Shown here piece after piece: positions 50,701 through 62,800 of a DNA stretch of 64,000 nucleotides. Under the pieces are notes generated by a model, which was not told the DNA's origin, did not search any database, and worked only from the letters and a program-made list of their open reading frames with translations. Position numbers and translations under genes: made by a program. How positions within the stretch are numbered: the stretch's first letter is position 1; each line of letters begins with the position of its first letter. The stretch is from assembly GCF_963921235.1 (NCBI RefSeq), contig NC_086101.1:3784001-3848000 (forward strand), read 5' to 3'. Source of the DNA: Mobula hypostoma. Its lineage: Eukaryota.

Positions 50701-51430
50701 ACTCAAAATAATCTGCGGATGCTGGGGTCAAAGCAACACTCACAACACGCTGGAGGAACTCAGCAGGTCTGGCAGCATCCGTGGAAAAGATCGGTCGATG
50801 TTTCGGGCCGGAACCCTTCGTCAGGACTGAAGAGGGAAGGGGGAGAGGCCCTATAAAGAAGGTGGGGGGAGGGTGGGAAGGAGAAGGCTGGTAGGTTCCA
50901 GGTGAAAAACCAGTAAGGGAAAAGATAAAGGGGTGTGGAAGGGAAGCAGGGAGGTGATAGGCAGGAAAGGTGAAGAAGGAATAGGGGAAAACACAATGGA
51001 TAGTATGAGGTGGAACCAAGAGGGAGGTGGTAGGCAGCTGGGGGAGGGGACAGAGTGACATAGGGATAGGGGTAGGGAGAGGGAGGGAATTACCAGAAGT
51101 TGGAGAATTCTATGTTCATACCATGGAGCTGGAGACTACCTAGACGGGATGTGAGGTTTTGCTCCTCCAATCTGAGTTTAGCCTCATCATGGCAGTAGAG
51201 GAAGCCATGTATGGACATATCTGAATGGGAGTGTGAAGCAGAGTTGAAGTAGGTGGCTACTGGGAGATCCTGTCTGTTTTGGCGGACGGAGCAGAGGTGC
51301 TCGACGAAGCGGTCCCCCAATCTGCGTTGGGTTTCACCGATGTAGAGGAGGCCGCACCGGGAGCACTGGATGCAATAGATGACCCCAACAGACTCACAAC
51401 TGAAGTAACTGGGAGGTCCTGTCTGTTTTG
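50701..51430 (-). mobile_element. Penelope-like element fragment with GIY-YIG endonuclease
   Basis: ORF 51090-51482: VIYCIQCSRCGLLYIGETQRRLGDRFVEH...RLEEQNL...GMNIEF. Confidence 0.92.
50792..50829 (-). ncRNA. Minimal type I hammerhead ribozyme motif
   Basis: Minus strand CAGTC-CTGACGA-A-GGGT TCCG GCCC-GAAAC-ATC-GACCG, downstream of the GIY-YIG ORF. Confidence 0.7.
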
Positions 51431-53698
51431 TTACATTAGAATGTGGGCAGTATACAGAATAAAGTAGATGAACTTGTAGCACAGTTACAGATTAGCAGGA
51501 ATAATGTTGTTCGTATCACTGAATCACGGCTGAAAGAAGATTATAACTCGGAGCTGAATGTCTAAGGATACATATTGGACAGACAGGAAGGCAGAGGGGG
51601 TGGGGTCACCCTGTTGGTAATAAAAACTGACATCAAATCATTAGAAGGAGGTGACATGTTGTAGGATGGTGTTGAATCTGTGTGGACGGAGCTGAGGAAC
51701 GGCCAGAGTAAGGAGACCCTGATGGGAGTTGCATACAAACCCCCAAACACTAACCACCATGCTCCCATGCCCCCCGTACTAAAATCATTCTATGTTGTAA
51801 AATCAGCTCGTTGGGAGGATTCAGATGGTGATAGTGGAGGTTTGTGTTTCAGACTAGAAGCCTGTGACCTGTGAAACCTGTACCACAGGGATCAGTTCCG
51901 GGTCACTGTTGTTACTCGTGTCCTATATATTAATGATGAGATTGAGAATGCAGATCGCCTGGTTAGTGAGTTTGCAGATGACACCAAATCAGCTGCACAT
52001 CATCAGTTAGTGTGAGAGTTGATACTGAAGTTCAAAGCCCAAAAGGTCTTTGGGAAGTCTGGAAGTTGCCACTGGATGGCCAACTCCTGGACAGGAGGCC
52101 CAGTGGCCTGTCCCGTTGTTGTAGGACTTTGCGTGTGAGAGGGTGAATGGGAGAGCAGCAAGGGGCTTGTTTTCCTATTGATGTTTGTTGTGTAGTGTTA
52201 TCTTTGTGGTCTGTGTGGCTTTACTGAACATTGTGGACATGCAAATACTATGTTGGAGCTGGAATGTGTGGTGACACTTTCCGGCTGCCCCCAGCACACC
52301 CTGGGGTTGTGTTGGTTATTAACACGAACAATGCATTTCACTGTATGTTGTCTTGTACATGTGATAAATAAATCTCAATCTGAATCTGAAAAAAATCTTC
52401 AGATCTCAGTCTGAAACGTTGACTCTTTATTCCTCTCCGTGGATGCTGCCTGACCTGCTGAGTTCCTCCAGCATTTTGTATCTATTGCTCTGGATTTCCA
52501 GCATCAGCAGAATTTCTGATGATTCTGATCTAACTGCTATTCCAAAACCCCGACCCCACCCCCAACCATACACCACCGGAGAAAATATCCTCTTAGTATT
52601 TAACCTGTCAGGCCAACACAGCGTCTAAAATATTTCAACAAAGATTTTCTCTCAAATTCAAGCTTATTGTCATCCGACTGTACATAAATGGAACCAAGTG
52701 ACACAACATTTCTCCAGACCACATGCACCCACAAAGCATGTATCACACATGGAACATAAAACGTCACATATTACCATAAATAAGGTAATACAATATAATT
52801 AAAATGTGCGTAGGCAGTGGAGAAGCGCCCAGTGGACCTGGAGGCACAGGAGTTGGTGGAATGCTCACCTTCCTCTCACTTCTGCTTTAACTATTCCTAC
52901 CCATCTCTAATTATGTCCCGTTCCTCCTCCAGTTAAATCCTCATTCCCAAATCCCAGCAGAAGCTTCACCGGTTCACTGCTCCATTGGAGAGACTGATGG
53001 CGGGAGAGCTGCATTGCATTGGTTACGGGAAGGTCTAGGCCGAGGCCGAGGCTGCGGGCTGGCCTGTGGCAGTCGCTCAGGGGAGGAGACGCTGAGGCGG
53101 TGCTGCCCTCCTGTGTTCGCTCATTGCTGTCCTACCCTGTGGTGTTCACTTGTGCTGTCCTCCGGCCAGAGAGGGAACCATCTCTGGCTTCTGCTGCTAA
53201 GCCAGTGTTGATCCAATTTCTTACTTCATCCTGAATGCCTTCTAATTAAACTGTGGATCTCATTATCCCGTTGGCCCTTGTTTCTCCATCTGAATTCAGC
53301 CTCCGTTATCTCACTGACGTCTTATTTCTACCATATTCCATCTCTATAAAGCAGCTTTCAAATACTTCCTTGTAACACGTATAATTTCTTTGGGCCAAAC
53401 GTTTTTCATTGCAGTCTCTCGTCAGTCAGAGCGTTGAGAACAAGCAAAGGTTACACATCAAGTAACACATAATGCACAAATAAAACTCCGCCAACAAGGA
53501 GATTTGGAAACCTGCAAGATGAATCACCCTCTCTGGTCGGTTCAGCCATAAAGTTCGAACATTCATAGTAAATTTATTATCAAAGTCTGTCTGTGTCACC
53601 AAATTCTATCCTGACCTGAGATTTATTTTTTTGCGGACGTTCACTGTAAGTACACAGAAACACAATAGAATCAAAATCCACGCAAAGACTGGTAAAGA

Positions 53699-55666
53699 AG
53701 ATTCAAGATTCAAGATTCAAAAAACTTTATTGTCATTCTAACCGTACATCAGCTCTGCAGGACAGAATGAGACAGCGTTTCCCAGGAGCAGTGCAATCAT
53801 GTCTGACGAATCTCATAGAATTTTTTGAGGATGTAACTAGTAGAGTGGATAGGGGAGAACCAGTGGATGTGGTATATTTGGATTTTCAAAAGGCTTTTGA
53901 CAAGGTCCCACACAGGAGATTAGTGTGCAAACTTAAAGCACACGGTATTGGGGGTAAGGTATTGGTGTGGGTGGAGAATTGGTTAGCAGACAGGAAGCAA
54001 AGAGTGGGAATAAACGGGACCTTTTCAGAATGGCAGGCGGTGACTAGTGGGGTACCGCAAGGCTCAGTGCTGGGACCCCAGTTGTTTACAATATATATTA
54101 ATGACTTGGATGAGGGAATTAAATGCAGCATCTCCAAGTTTGCGGATGACACGAAGCTGGGTGGCAGTGTTAGCAGTGAGGAGGATGCTAAGAGGATGCA
54201 GGGTGACTTGGATAGGTTGGGTGAGTGGGCAAACTCATGGCAGATGCAATTTAATGTGGATAAATGTGAAGTTATCCACTTTGGTGGCAAAAATAGGAAA
54301 ACAGATTATTATTTGAATGGTGGCCGATTAGGAAAAGGAGAGGTGCAACGAGACCTGGGTGTCATTATACACCAGTCATTGAAAGTGGGCATGCAGGTAC
54401 AGCAGGCGGTGAAAAAGGCGAACGGTATGCTGGCATTTATAGCGAGAGGATTCGAGTACAGGAGCAGGGAGGTACTACTGCAGTTGTACAAGGCCTTGGT
54501 GAGACCACACCTGGAGTATTGTGTGCAGTTTTGGTCCCCTAATCTGAGGAAAGACATCTTTGCCATAGAGGGAGTACAAAGAAGGTTCACCAGATTGATT
54601 CCTGGGATGGCAGGTCTTTCATATGAAGAAAGACTGGATGAACTGGGCTTCTACTCGTTGGAATTTAGAAGATTGAGGGGGGATCTGATTGAAACGTATA
54701 AGATCCTAAAGGGATTGGACAGGCTAGATGCGGGAAGATTGTTCCCGATGTTGGGGAGGTCCAGAACGAGGGGTCACAGTTTGAGGATAGAGGGGAAGCC
54801 TTTTAGGACCGAGATTAGGAAAAACTTCTTCACACAGAGAGTGGTGAATCTGTGGAATTCTCTGCCACAGCAAACTGTTGAGGCCAGTTCATTAGCTATG
54901 TTTAAAAGGAAGTTAGATATGGCCATTGTGGCTACAGGGGTCAGGGGGTATGGAGGGAAGGCTGGGGCGGGGTTCTGAGTTGGATGATCAGCCATGATCA
55001 TAATAAATGGCGGTGCAGGCTCGAAGGGCCGAATGGCCTACTCCTGCACCTATTTTCTATGTTTCTATGTTTCTATAACAAACGCAACACTAAATAAAGC
55101 AGAGTCAGGTAGAGCAGCTATTTAGCAGTCTGACTGCCTGTGGGACGAAGCTGTTTAGTAGCCTTGTGGTTTTAGTTTTGATGCTCCTGTAACATTTCCC
55201 TGATGGCAGAAGAACAAACAGTTCATGGAGAGGGTGTGAGGGGTCTTTAATGATGTACCGTGTCTTCTGGAGGCATTGACTCTGAAAGAGGACTTGGACA
55301 GAAGGTAAGGAGACCCCAATAACCTTCTCTGCTCCCCTAACCACCCTCTGCAAGGCTTTTTTGTCGACAGCACTGTAGCTGGAGTACCAGGTTGTGATGC
55401 AAAAGGTGAGCACTCTCTCAACCACGCCTCTGTAGAATGTAGTTAAGATGTTGGTGGGGAGTGATGCTTGTTTAAGCTTCCTCAGAAAGTGCAATCCCTG
55501 CTGGGCCCGTTTCACATTCCCAGTGGTGTTCCTGGACCAGGTGAGATTGTCCGAGATCTGCACCCCGAGGAACTTGATGTTTTCCACTCTCTCCACTGTG
55601 GAGCCGCTGATGCTGAGGAGTGTGTGCTCAGGCTGAGACCGTCTGAAATCGACGATCATCTCCTTG
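53699..55666 (-). mobile_element. Rex1/Babar-like LINE, 5' truncated, split by a CR1
   Basis: ORF 55105-55659 MIVDFRR...KFLGVQISDNLTWS...LPSGK; (AAGATTC)n tail at ~53699-53720. Confidence 0.88.
53796..55076 (+). mobile_element. Young CR1 subfamily B, 5' truncated
   Basis: Open RT frame to 54978, nearly identical to the copies at 34.6 and 41.5 kb; (TTCTATGT)n tail. Confidence 0.95.
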
Positions 55667-55810
55667 CATCGTGAAAATAATAAACAAATAAATAAATAAT
55701 CCTGAGAGCATGAGGTGTGGAGTCAATGAAAGTGAGTCCAGAGGTGTGGAATCAGTTCAGCGCCGAGGTGAGTTCATTCCATTGCCGTTTGTAACCAGAC
55801 GGTGGCGATG

Positions 55811-55928
55811 TCTCGGCCTGAAACTTCGACTGTACCTCTTCCTAGAGATGCTGCCTGGCCTGCTGCGTTCACCAGCAACTTTGATGTGTGTTGCTTGAAT
55901 TTCCAGCATCTGCAGAATTCCTGTTGTT
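55811..55928 (+). mobile_element. Short Penelope-derived insertion
   Basis: Starts inside hammerhead stem II; 10-bp TSD GGTGGCGATG at 55801-55810 and 55929-55938. Confidence 0.8.
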
Positions 55929-55979
55929 GGTGGCGATGGTGAGCGGCCTGAAGATCTGTGCAGATTCACGGTGCAGGAT

Positions 55980-56009
55980 CGCCACCTGCTGCCGGACACC
56001 GGTACTGCA
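55980..56009 (-). promoter_or_regulatory. Putative CTCF site (core plus upstream motif), reverse
   Basis: Minus strand TGCAGTACC-GGTGT-CCG-GCAGCAGGTGGCG. Confidence 0.65.
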
Positions 56010-57605
56010 GGAAGAGTCGGAACAAAATGTTGCAGGTCAGAGAAAGTGCAGAGTGACGGTGGAAAAGGGATTCGCGTAGATTGTTTGAACATTTATGGTA
56101 GTTGGGCGCGGCAACCTGGTGGTAGTGCAATCACTTTACAGAGCCGGCGATTATTGATCGGAGTTCAATTCCCGCGTTGTCTGTAAGCTATTCTTCCCGT
56201 TACCGTGGGGAGTTCCTCTGTGTGCACCGGGATCCTCCCATATTCCAACCACGGATGAGAGACAAGCTCTGTTGTGGCCGACTGCAGATTTTTTTAGCGG
56301 CTCTCAGGGGACTGGGGCCTCAAGCTGTGGGGTCGATTGCTTTCAGCCGCTGGAGGGGAGGTGTTCGAACCATCGCTCTCTACCGGGGCCGGCGCAGCGC
56401 ATTTGTGGTGACTGAAGATTTAAAATGGACTGAGGAAGCTAGACTATATAAACATATATTTGTCTGCTTGTGTTTTTACTGATATTTTATATGTGCTTGC
56501 ATATGCGAGAACTGGGCCTCAAAGCCACGGATTCGTCCAGCAGGAGTCGGGCATCGGGGCGAAGGCTGAGGCCAGGTGACAGATGATATGCATAAGACCA
56601 TAAGACAGGGGAGCAGAATTAGGCCATTTAACCCATCGAGTCTGATAGACCAGTCCATCATGACTGATCCCGGATCTCACTCAACCCCACACACCTGTCT
56701 TCTCCCCATATCCTTTGATGCTCTGACCGATCAAGAAACCATTAATTTCCGCCTTAAATATCCCCACGGACTTGGCCTCACCCACAGTCTCTCGCAGAGT
56801 ATTCCACAGATTGGCTACTCTGGCTAAATAAAAAAACATCCTCTTTGCATTTATTCTAAAGGGTTCCCCCCAATTGTGAGGCTGTGTCCCCTAGTTCTGG
56901 ATACCCCCACCACAGGAAACGTCCTCGCAACATCCACCCGATTTAGTCCTTTCAACATTCCGTAGGCTTCAACGAGATTCCACCCCCACCCCGCGCCGCC
57001 ACCTTGCATTCTTCTAAATCCCAGTGAGTTCAGGCCTAAAGCTGCCAAACGTTCCTCATATGTTAACAGCTTCATTCCCGGAATCATCCTGGTGAACCTC
57101 CTCTGGACTCTCTTCAATGACAACTCATCCTTTCTGAGACAAGGGGCCCAATACGTCAAGTGCAGCCTGACTAGAGTCTTAAAAAGGCTCAGCATTACTC
57201 CTTGTTTTTTTTTATATATATTCTATTCTCTTGAAATTAATGTCTACATTGCATTTGCCTTCTTTACCACAGATTCAGCCTGTAAAATTAACCTTCTGGT
57301 AGTTTTACACGAGGACTCCAAAGTCTGTTTGCACCTCTGATGTTTAAATTTTCTCCCCATTTAGATAATAGTCTGCACCTATTTTCCTTTTATCAAAATG
57401 TATTATCATACATTTTCCAACACTGTATTCCAACTGCCATTTTTTTGCCCATTTGTCTTAAGTCCTGCTGCAATCGCATTGCTTTCTCAACACTACATAC
57501 CCCTCTACCTATCTTTGTATCATTTGTAAATTTTGTCACAAAGCCATCAATTCTATTATCTAAATCGCTGACAATGTGAAACGTCGCGGCCCCAATACTG
57601 ACCCC

Positions 57606-57843
57606 TGTTACGAACCAACAGGTTTCGTTTACTGTGGACTGTCACTTTAAGAGCGCCTGAGTGAGGCAGGACTATGACGTCAGTCACAGGCTGCTGCGAA
57701 CTTAAACTCATAAACAGAGAGAGAGAGAGAGACAGAGAGAGAGACAGAGAGAGAGACAGAGAGAGAGAGACAGAGCGAGAGAGAGAGAGAGAGAGACAGA
57801 ACTAGAGAGAGAGACAGAGAGAGTGAGAGAGAGAGAGAGAGAC

Positions 57844-57919
<76 letters not shown>

Positions 57920-58665
57920 GGGAAGCCGGTAGCTTCAGCTTGTCACAGCTGGGGCTTGGAACTCTCTTGTGCCCACAAGGGTGGGTTAAACATCGGCACG
58001 GAGTGCATAACGAATGTGTGACTGTCACTGTTTGGGGGTATCTTGTGGGACCACTTTGGTAGCCCTTGCCTGGGTCTGTTGAATCTGCGGGGACTGTTAT
58101 CTCGTTTTACCAACGTGGAATCTGTGGAATACTTCGTACTTACCTTGTCTCTGCGTTTCACCTTGGATGTGTGAAACGATGTGTGAAACACCTGTCTTTC
58201 GTAGCCCTTGCCTGGGTCTGTTGTGTGGTAACCACTGGAAGACGATATTCCCGTGACGGGTCACTTTCGGTGATCATTCGGATGTGGATTTGGAACGGCA
58301 CCACGGACAAGATCTACGGCGACATATCTCGTTTTACCATCGTGGAATCTGTAGAATACTTCGTGCTTAATTTTTTTCTACGTTTCACTTTGGATTACAA
58401 ATATCTCTCTCCCATCATTTATCTCGGGGATTACTGAACTTTCCTACTGTACCGTCTCAAGACTCTAAACCTTGTTCCCCCAAGCTCAATGGTTCGTGAG
58501 TTATATTTACACACATATATACACATAACACTGTTAACTTTTGTTTATCTTGGTTGTTACTATATTATAAGTAGTTACTAATAAAGATAGTGGTTTTCAC
58601 ATCAAAACCAAACTCTGTAAAATCTCTTGCTGCTGGTTTGTTTCAAAACGTTACAGTTCGTAACA
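57606..58665 (+). mobile_element. Solo LTR
   Basis: Ends TGTTACGAAC / GTTCGTAACA (perfect 10-bp IR), TSD CCCC, TGACGTCA at 57675-57682, AATAAA at 58580-58585, internal duplications. Confidence 0.88.
57715..57917. repeat. (GA)n/(GACA) microsatellite inside the LTR
   Basis: About 200 bp of GA repeats with GACA interruptions. Confidence 0.97.
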
Positions 58666-59862
58666 CCCCCGAGGAACACCACAATTCACTGACAGCCAAC
58701 CTGAAAAAGCCCCTCTTATTCCCAGTCTCTGCCTCCTGCCTGTCAGCCATTCTGCTATCCATGTCAGTATATTTCCAGTAACGCCATCGGATTTTATCTT
58801 GTTAGCAGCCTCATGTGTGGCATGCCAGAATCAAGTGATTCTTGAAAGATCATAACCAACGCATCTGCTCTCACTTCAGCAACCTCTTTCAGAACTCTGG
58901 CATGCAGTCCATCTGGCCAAGGGGACTTATCATCTTAAGATCTTTCGGTTTGTTTAGCTCTTTTTCCTTTGTAGTAGCAATGGCACTCACTCCTGCTCCC
59001 TGACACTCACGGACCTCTGGCACACTGCTGGTGATTCCACAGTGAGGACTGATGCACAATACCCACTAAGTTCATCTGCCATTTCTTTGCCCCCATTGCT
59101 GCCTCACCAGCATCATGTTCCAGTGGTTCAATATCAACTCTCAGCTCCCTTTTACTCTTCATAGAATTAAAAAAAACCTTTTGTTTTCCCGCTTAATATT
59201 ATTTGTTAGTCTGCCCTTGTATTGCATCTTTTCCCTTCTTCCAGCTTTTTTTGGTTGCCATATCGCTGGGCTGAGGTGTCTAGACTAAATAAACATACAT
59301 ATTATGTGCCGTTGTAGTTTACCGATATTCGATGTGGATTTGTTGACTTGTATGCATCAAGCCGCGGCGTCCAGATGGCGGTGGGTGGGGGCGGGTGGGG
59401 GGGGTGTGGGGGGAGGTGGGCTTCGGGACTCTTTTTGCGTGATTGTGATCTTGTGTGTGTTTACTGTGTGTGACTGTTGCTATGTGTCTTTACACCTTGT
59501 CCCAGCAGTAACGCCGTCTCGTTTGGCTGTTCATGAGTATTCATATGTGGTTAAATGACAATTAAACTTGAATTTAGTTGAAGAGGAAGAATGGACAGAT
59601 TCTGATATTTAGGACCTTCACCGATCAGGGGAGAGAAGCACAAACCAGGATTCCGAGGGGAGAGAGAGGAAAATGGTTGGTCGGTGAGAATTTTCTTGGT
59701 GCAGAGGTTAGGAGATACAATTGCATCCATACGCGCGTTAATTGTCCAATAACTTCATCTGTTGATAGAATACTAACCTTAATAAACAGTAACTAACATT
59801 ATTGTTAAGAAATGGATTTAAATGGATGACTCTACACGGACTGTAGCAGCTGGAGACGCTCA

Positions 59863-62800
59863 TTTCGCACTTTTCAAGGACAGTCGGTGGGCAGTAAATG
59901 TTGGTCCTGCTGTTGACGCCCACATTTCGTAAACAATGAATTTTTGCCCCTGTTTTTATACTTTGACAATAAATTTACCCTACAATGATGACCCCTGAAC
60001 CGGTGTGGATGATGTCACTCTCCTCAGCTCTGAACTGATTCCACCAGCTTTCCAACACTCCAGCGTTTATTTATTATTTGTATCTCTGACTGGACGCCTG
60101 TGACTAGTGATGTGTCCCTGGGATCGGTGCTGGGTCCATTGTTGTCTGTCTTCAATATCAACGATCTGCATGATAGTGTGGTAACCAGAGTCATCAGATC
60201 GGGGCACAGTGGACAGCGAGGAAGACTATCAAAGCTTACAGCGAGATCTGGTCCAGCTGGAAAAAATAGACTGAAAACGGCAGATGGAATTTAATGGAAA
60301 CAAGTGAGGTGTTGCACAGACACCTCACACAAAATGCTGCAGGAACTCAGCAGGCCCGACACGTCGACTGTACTCTTTTCCATAGATGCTGCCTGGCCTG
60401 CTGAGTTCCTCCAGCATTTTGTGTGTGTCACTAGTACTTACAGGGTGAATGTTAGTGCACTGAGGAGAGTTGTATAACAGAGGGTTCTGGGAATACGGAT
60501 GCAGAATTCCCTGAAAGTGGCGTCTCGGGTACAGGGGCTGTAAAGGAAATGTTTGGCACAGTGTCCTTTTATATATCAAAGTACCCTTTGAGTTCTGGAG
60601 TTGGGATGTTATGTTGAAGTTGCATAAGATGTTAGTGAGGCTTAATTTGGAGTATTTTCTGACCTCTTGGTCACCTACCTGCAGGAAACATATCAATAAG
60701 ATCCAAAGACTACATAGAAAATTTACAGGGATGTGCCAGGACGTGAGGACCTAAGCCACTGGGAAAGGTTGAATAGGTGAGGACAATTCCCTGGAGCTCA
60801 GGTGAACGAGGACCGATTTGATAGAGATCTACACAATTATGAGTGGAACAGTATATATCGGGTAAATACATGCAGAGTTCTCTACTCTGTTTGGATGGGA
60901 CTACAACTACAGTTCACAGGTTAAGGGTGAAGGGTGAAACATGTCAGGGGAAGCTGGAGTGTTTACTGAGAGTGTGGTGCGAGTCCGGAACGAGCTGCCT
61001 GTGGAAGTGGTTCGATTTCAAAATCGAGGTTTGGGTAAATTCATGCAACGGAAGGGTATGGTGGACTATTATCCAGGTGCAGGTCAGTGAGACTCGGCAG
61101 AATAACAGCGCGCACAGACTAGATGGGCCGAAGGGTCAGTTTCTCTGCTGTAGTACTCTGTGATTCGATGACTATTTACATAAACTGTTCTTTTACACAT
61201 TGTATTTGTCTATCTATAATAAACAAATTACCCAAAATTCTGTTGTATTTACTTATTTCGCTGTAAACGCTGACAAGGAAATGAATTTCAAGGTGATACA
61301 TCGTGACGTCTGCGCACTTTGATAATAAATTGACTTCGATCCAGCAGAGTCGCGGCATTTCGAGCCTGCCGTTCCTGCAGTACCGGTTCACAGCAGCAGG
61401 TGGCGGTCCTGCGCCGTGAATCTGCACCGATACTTTATAATTATAGAAACCGTAGAAAAACTACAGCACAGAAACAGGCCTTTTTCAGTGGAAAAAGCCT
61501 GCTTGCATTCACTCTATCTATACCCATCATAAGTTTATATACCTCTATCAAATCTCCCCTCATTCTTCTACGCTCCAGGGAATAAAGTCCTAACCTATTC
61601 AACCTTTCTCTGTAACTGAGTTTCTCATGTCCTGGCAACATCCTTGTAAACCTTCTCTGCACTCTTTCAACCTTCTTTATATCCTTCCTGTAATTTGGTG
61701 ACCAAAACTGAACACAATACTCCAGATTCGGCCTCACCAATGCCTTATGTAACCTCACTATAACATTCCAGCTCTTATACTCAATACTTTGATTAATAAA
61801 GGGCAATGTACCAAAAGCTCTCTTTACGACCCGATCTACCTGTGACGCCACTTTTAGGGAATTTTGTATCTGTATTCCCAGATCCCTCTGTTCTACTGCA
61901 CTCCTCAGAGCCTTACCATTTACCCTGGTTTATCCTTCCAAAGTGCAATACCTCACACTTGTCTGTATTAAACTCCATCTGCCATTTTTCAGCCCATTTT
62001 TCCAGCTGGTCCAAATCCCTCTGCAAGCTTTGAAAACCTTCCTCACTGTCCACTACACCTCCAATCTTTGTATCATTAGCAAATTCGCTGATCCAATTTA
62101 CCACATTATCATCCAGATCATTGATATAGATGACAAATAACAATGGAGCCAGCACTGATCCCTGTGGCACACCACTAGTCACAGGCCTCCACTCAGAGAA
62201 GCAATTCTCTACCACCACTCTCTGGCTTCTTCCATCGAGCCAATGTCTAATCCAATTTACCACCTCTCCATGTATACCAGCGACTGAATTTTCCTAAGTA
62301 ACCTCCCATGCGGGACCTTGTCAAAGGACTTACTGAAGTCCATGTAGACAATATCCACTGCCTTCCCTTCATCCACTTTCCTGGTAAACTCCTCGAAAAA
62401 CTCCAATAGATTGGTCAACATGACCTACCACGCACAAAGCCATATTGACTCTCGCTAATAAGTCCCTGTCTATCCAAATACTTGCAGATTCTGTCTCTTA
62501 GTACTCCCTCCAATAACTTACCCACTACCAGCGTCAAACTTACCGGCCTATAATTTCCCCGATTACTTTTCGATCCTTTTTTAAACAACGGAACAACATG
62601 AGCCATTCTCCAATCCTCCGGCACCTCACCCGTAGACACCGACATTTTAAATACATCTGCCAGGGCCCCTGCAATTTCAACACTAGTCTCCTTCAAGGTC
62701 CGAGGGAATACCCTGTCAGCTCCTGGGGATTCATCCACTTTAATTTTCCTCAAGACAGAAAGCACCTCCTCCTTTTCAATCTGTACAGTTTCCATGATTT

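Larger units (their letters stand above)
49620..51760 (+). mobile_element. Old CR1 (ORF1 end and APE start) interrupted by Rex-like and Penelope-like insertions
   Basis: VVISVLL...VNTWLRS esterase remnant; TTTAAACTAG at 50372-50381; TTCAATGCAAGAAGT (NARS). Confidence 0.7.
56590..59260 (-). mobile_element. Degenerate CR1 split by a solo LTR
   Basis: FKTLVRLHL...KRVQRRFTRMIPG; host sequence continues across 57605/58666. Confidence 0.8.

Noticed and set aside
53767..54978. ATG-initiated 403-aa RT ORF as a domesticated gene
   Set aside because: Chance fusion of an ATG in antisense Rex UTR to a truncated young CR1; lacks the RT N-terminus.
57708..58062. SL- and ER-repeat ORFs
   Set aside because: Translations of the GA microsatellite.
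59366..59381. CTCF-like CGTCCAGATGGCGG
   Set aside because: Weak 5' core and upstream motif out of register.
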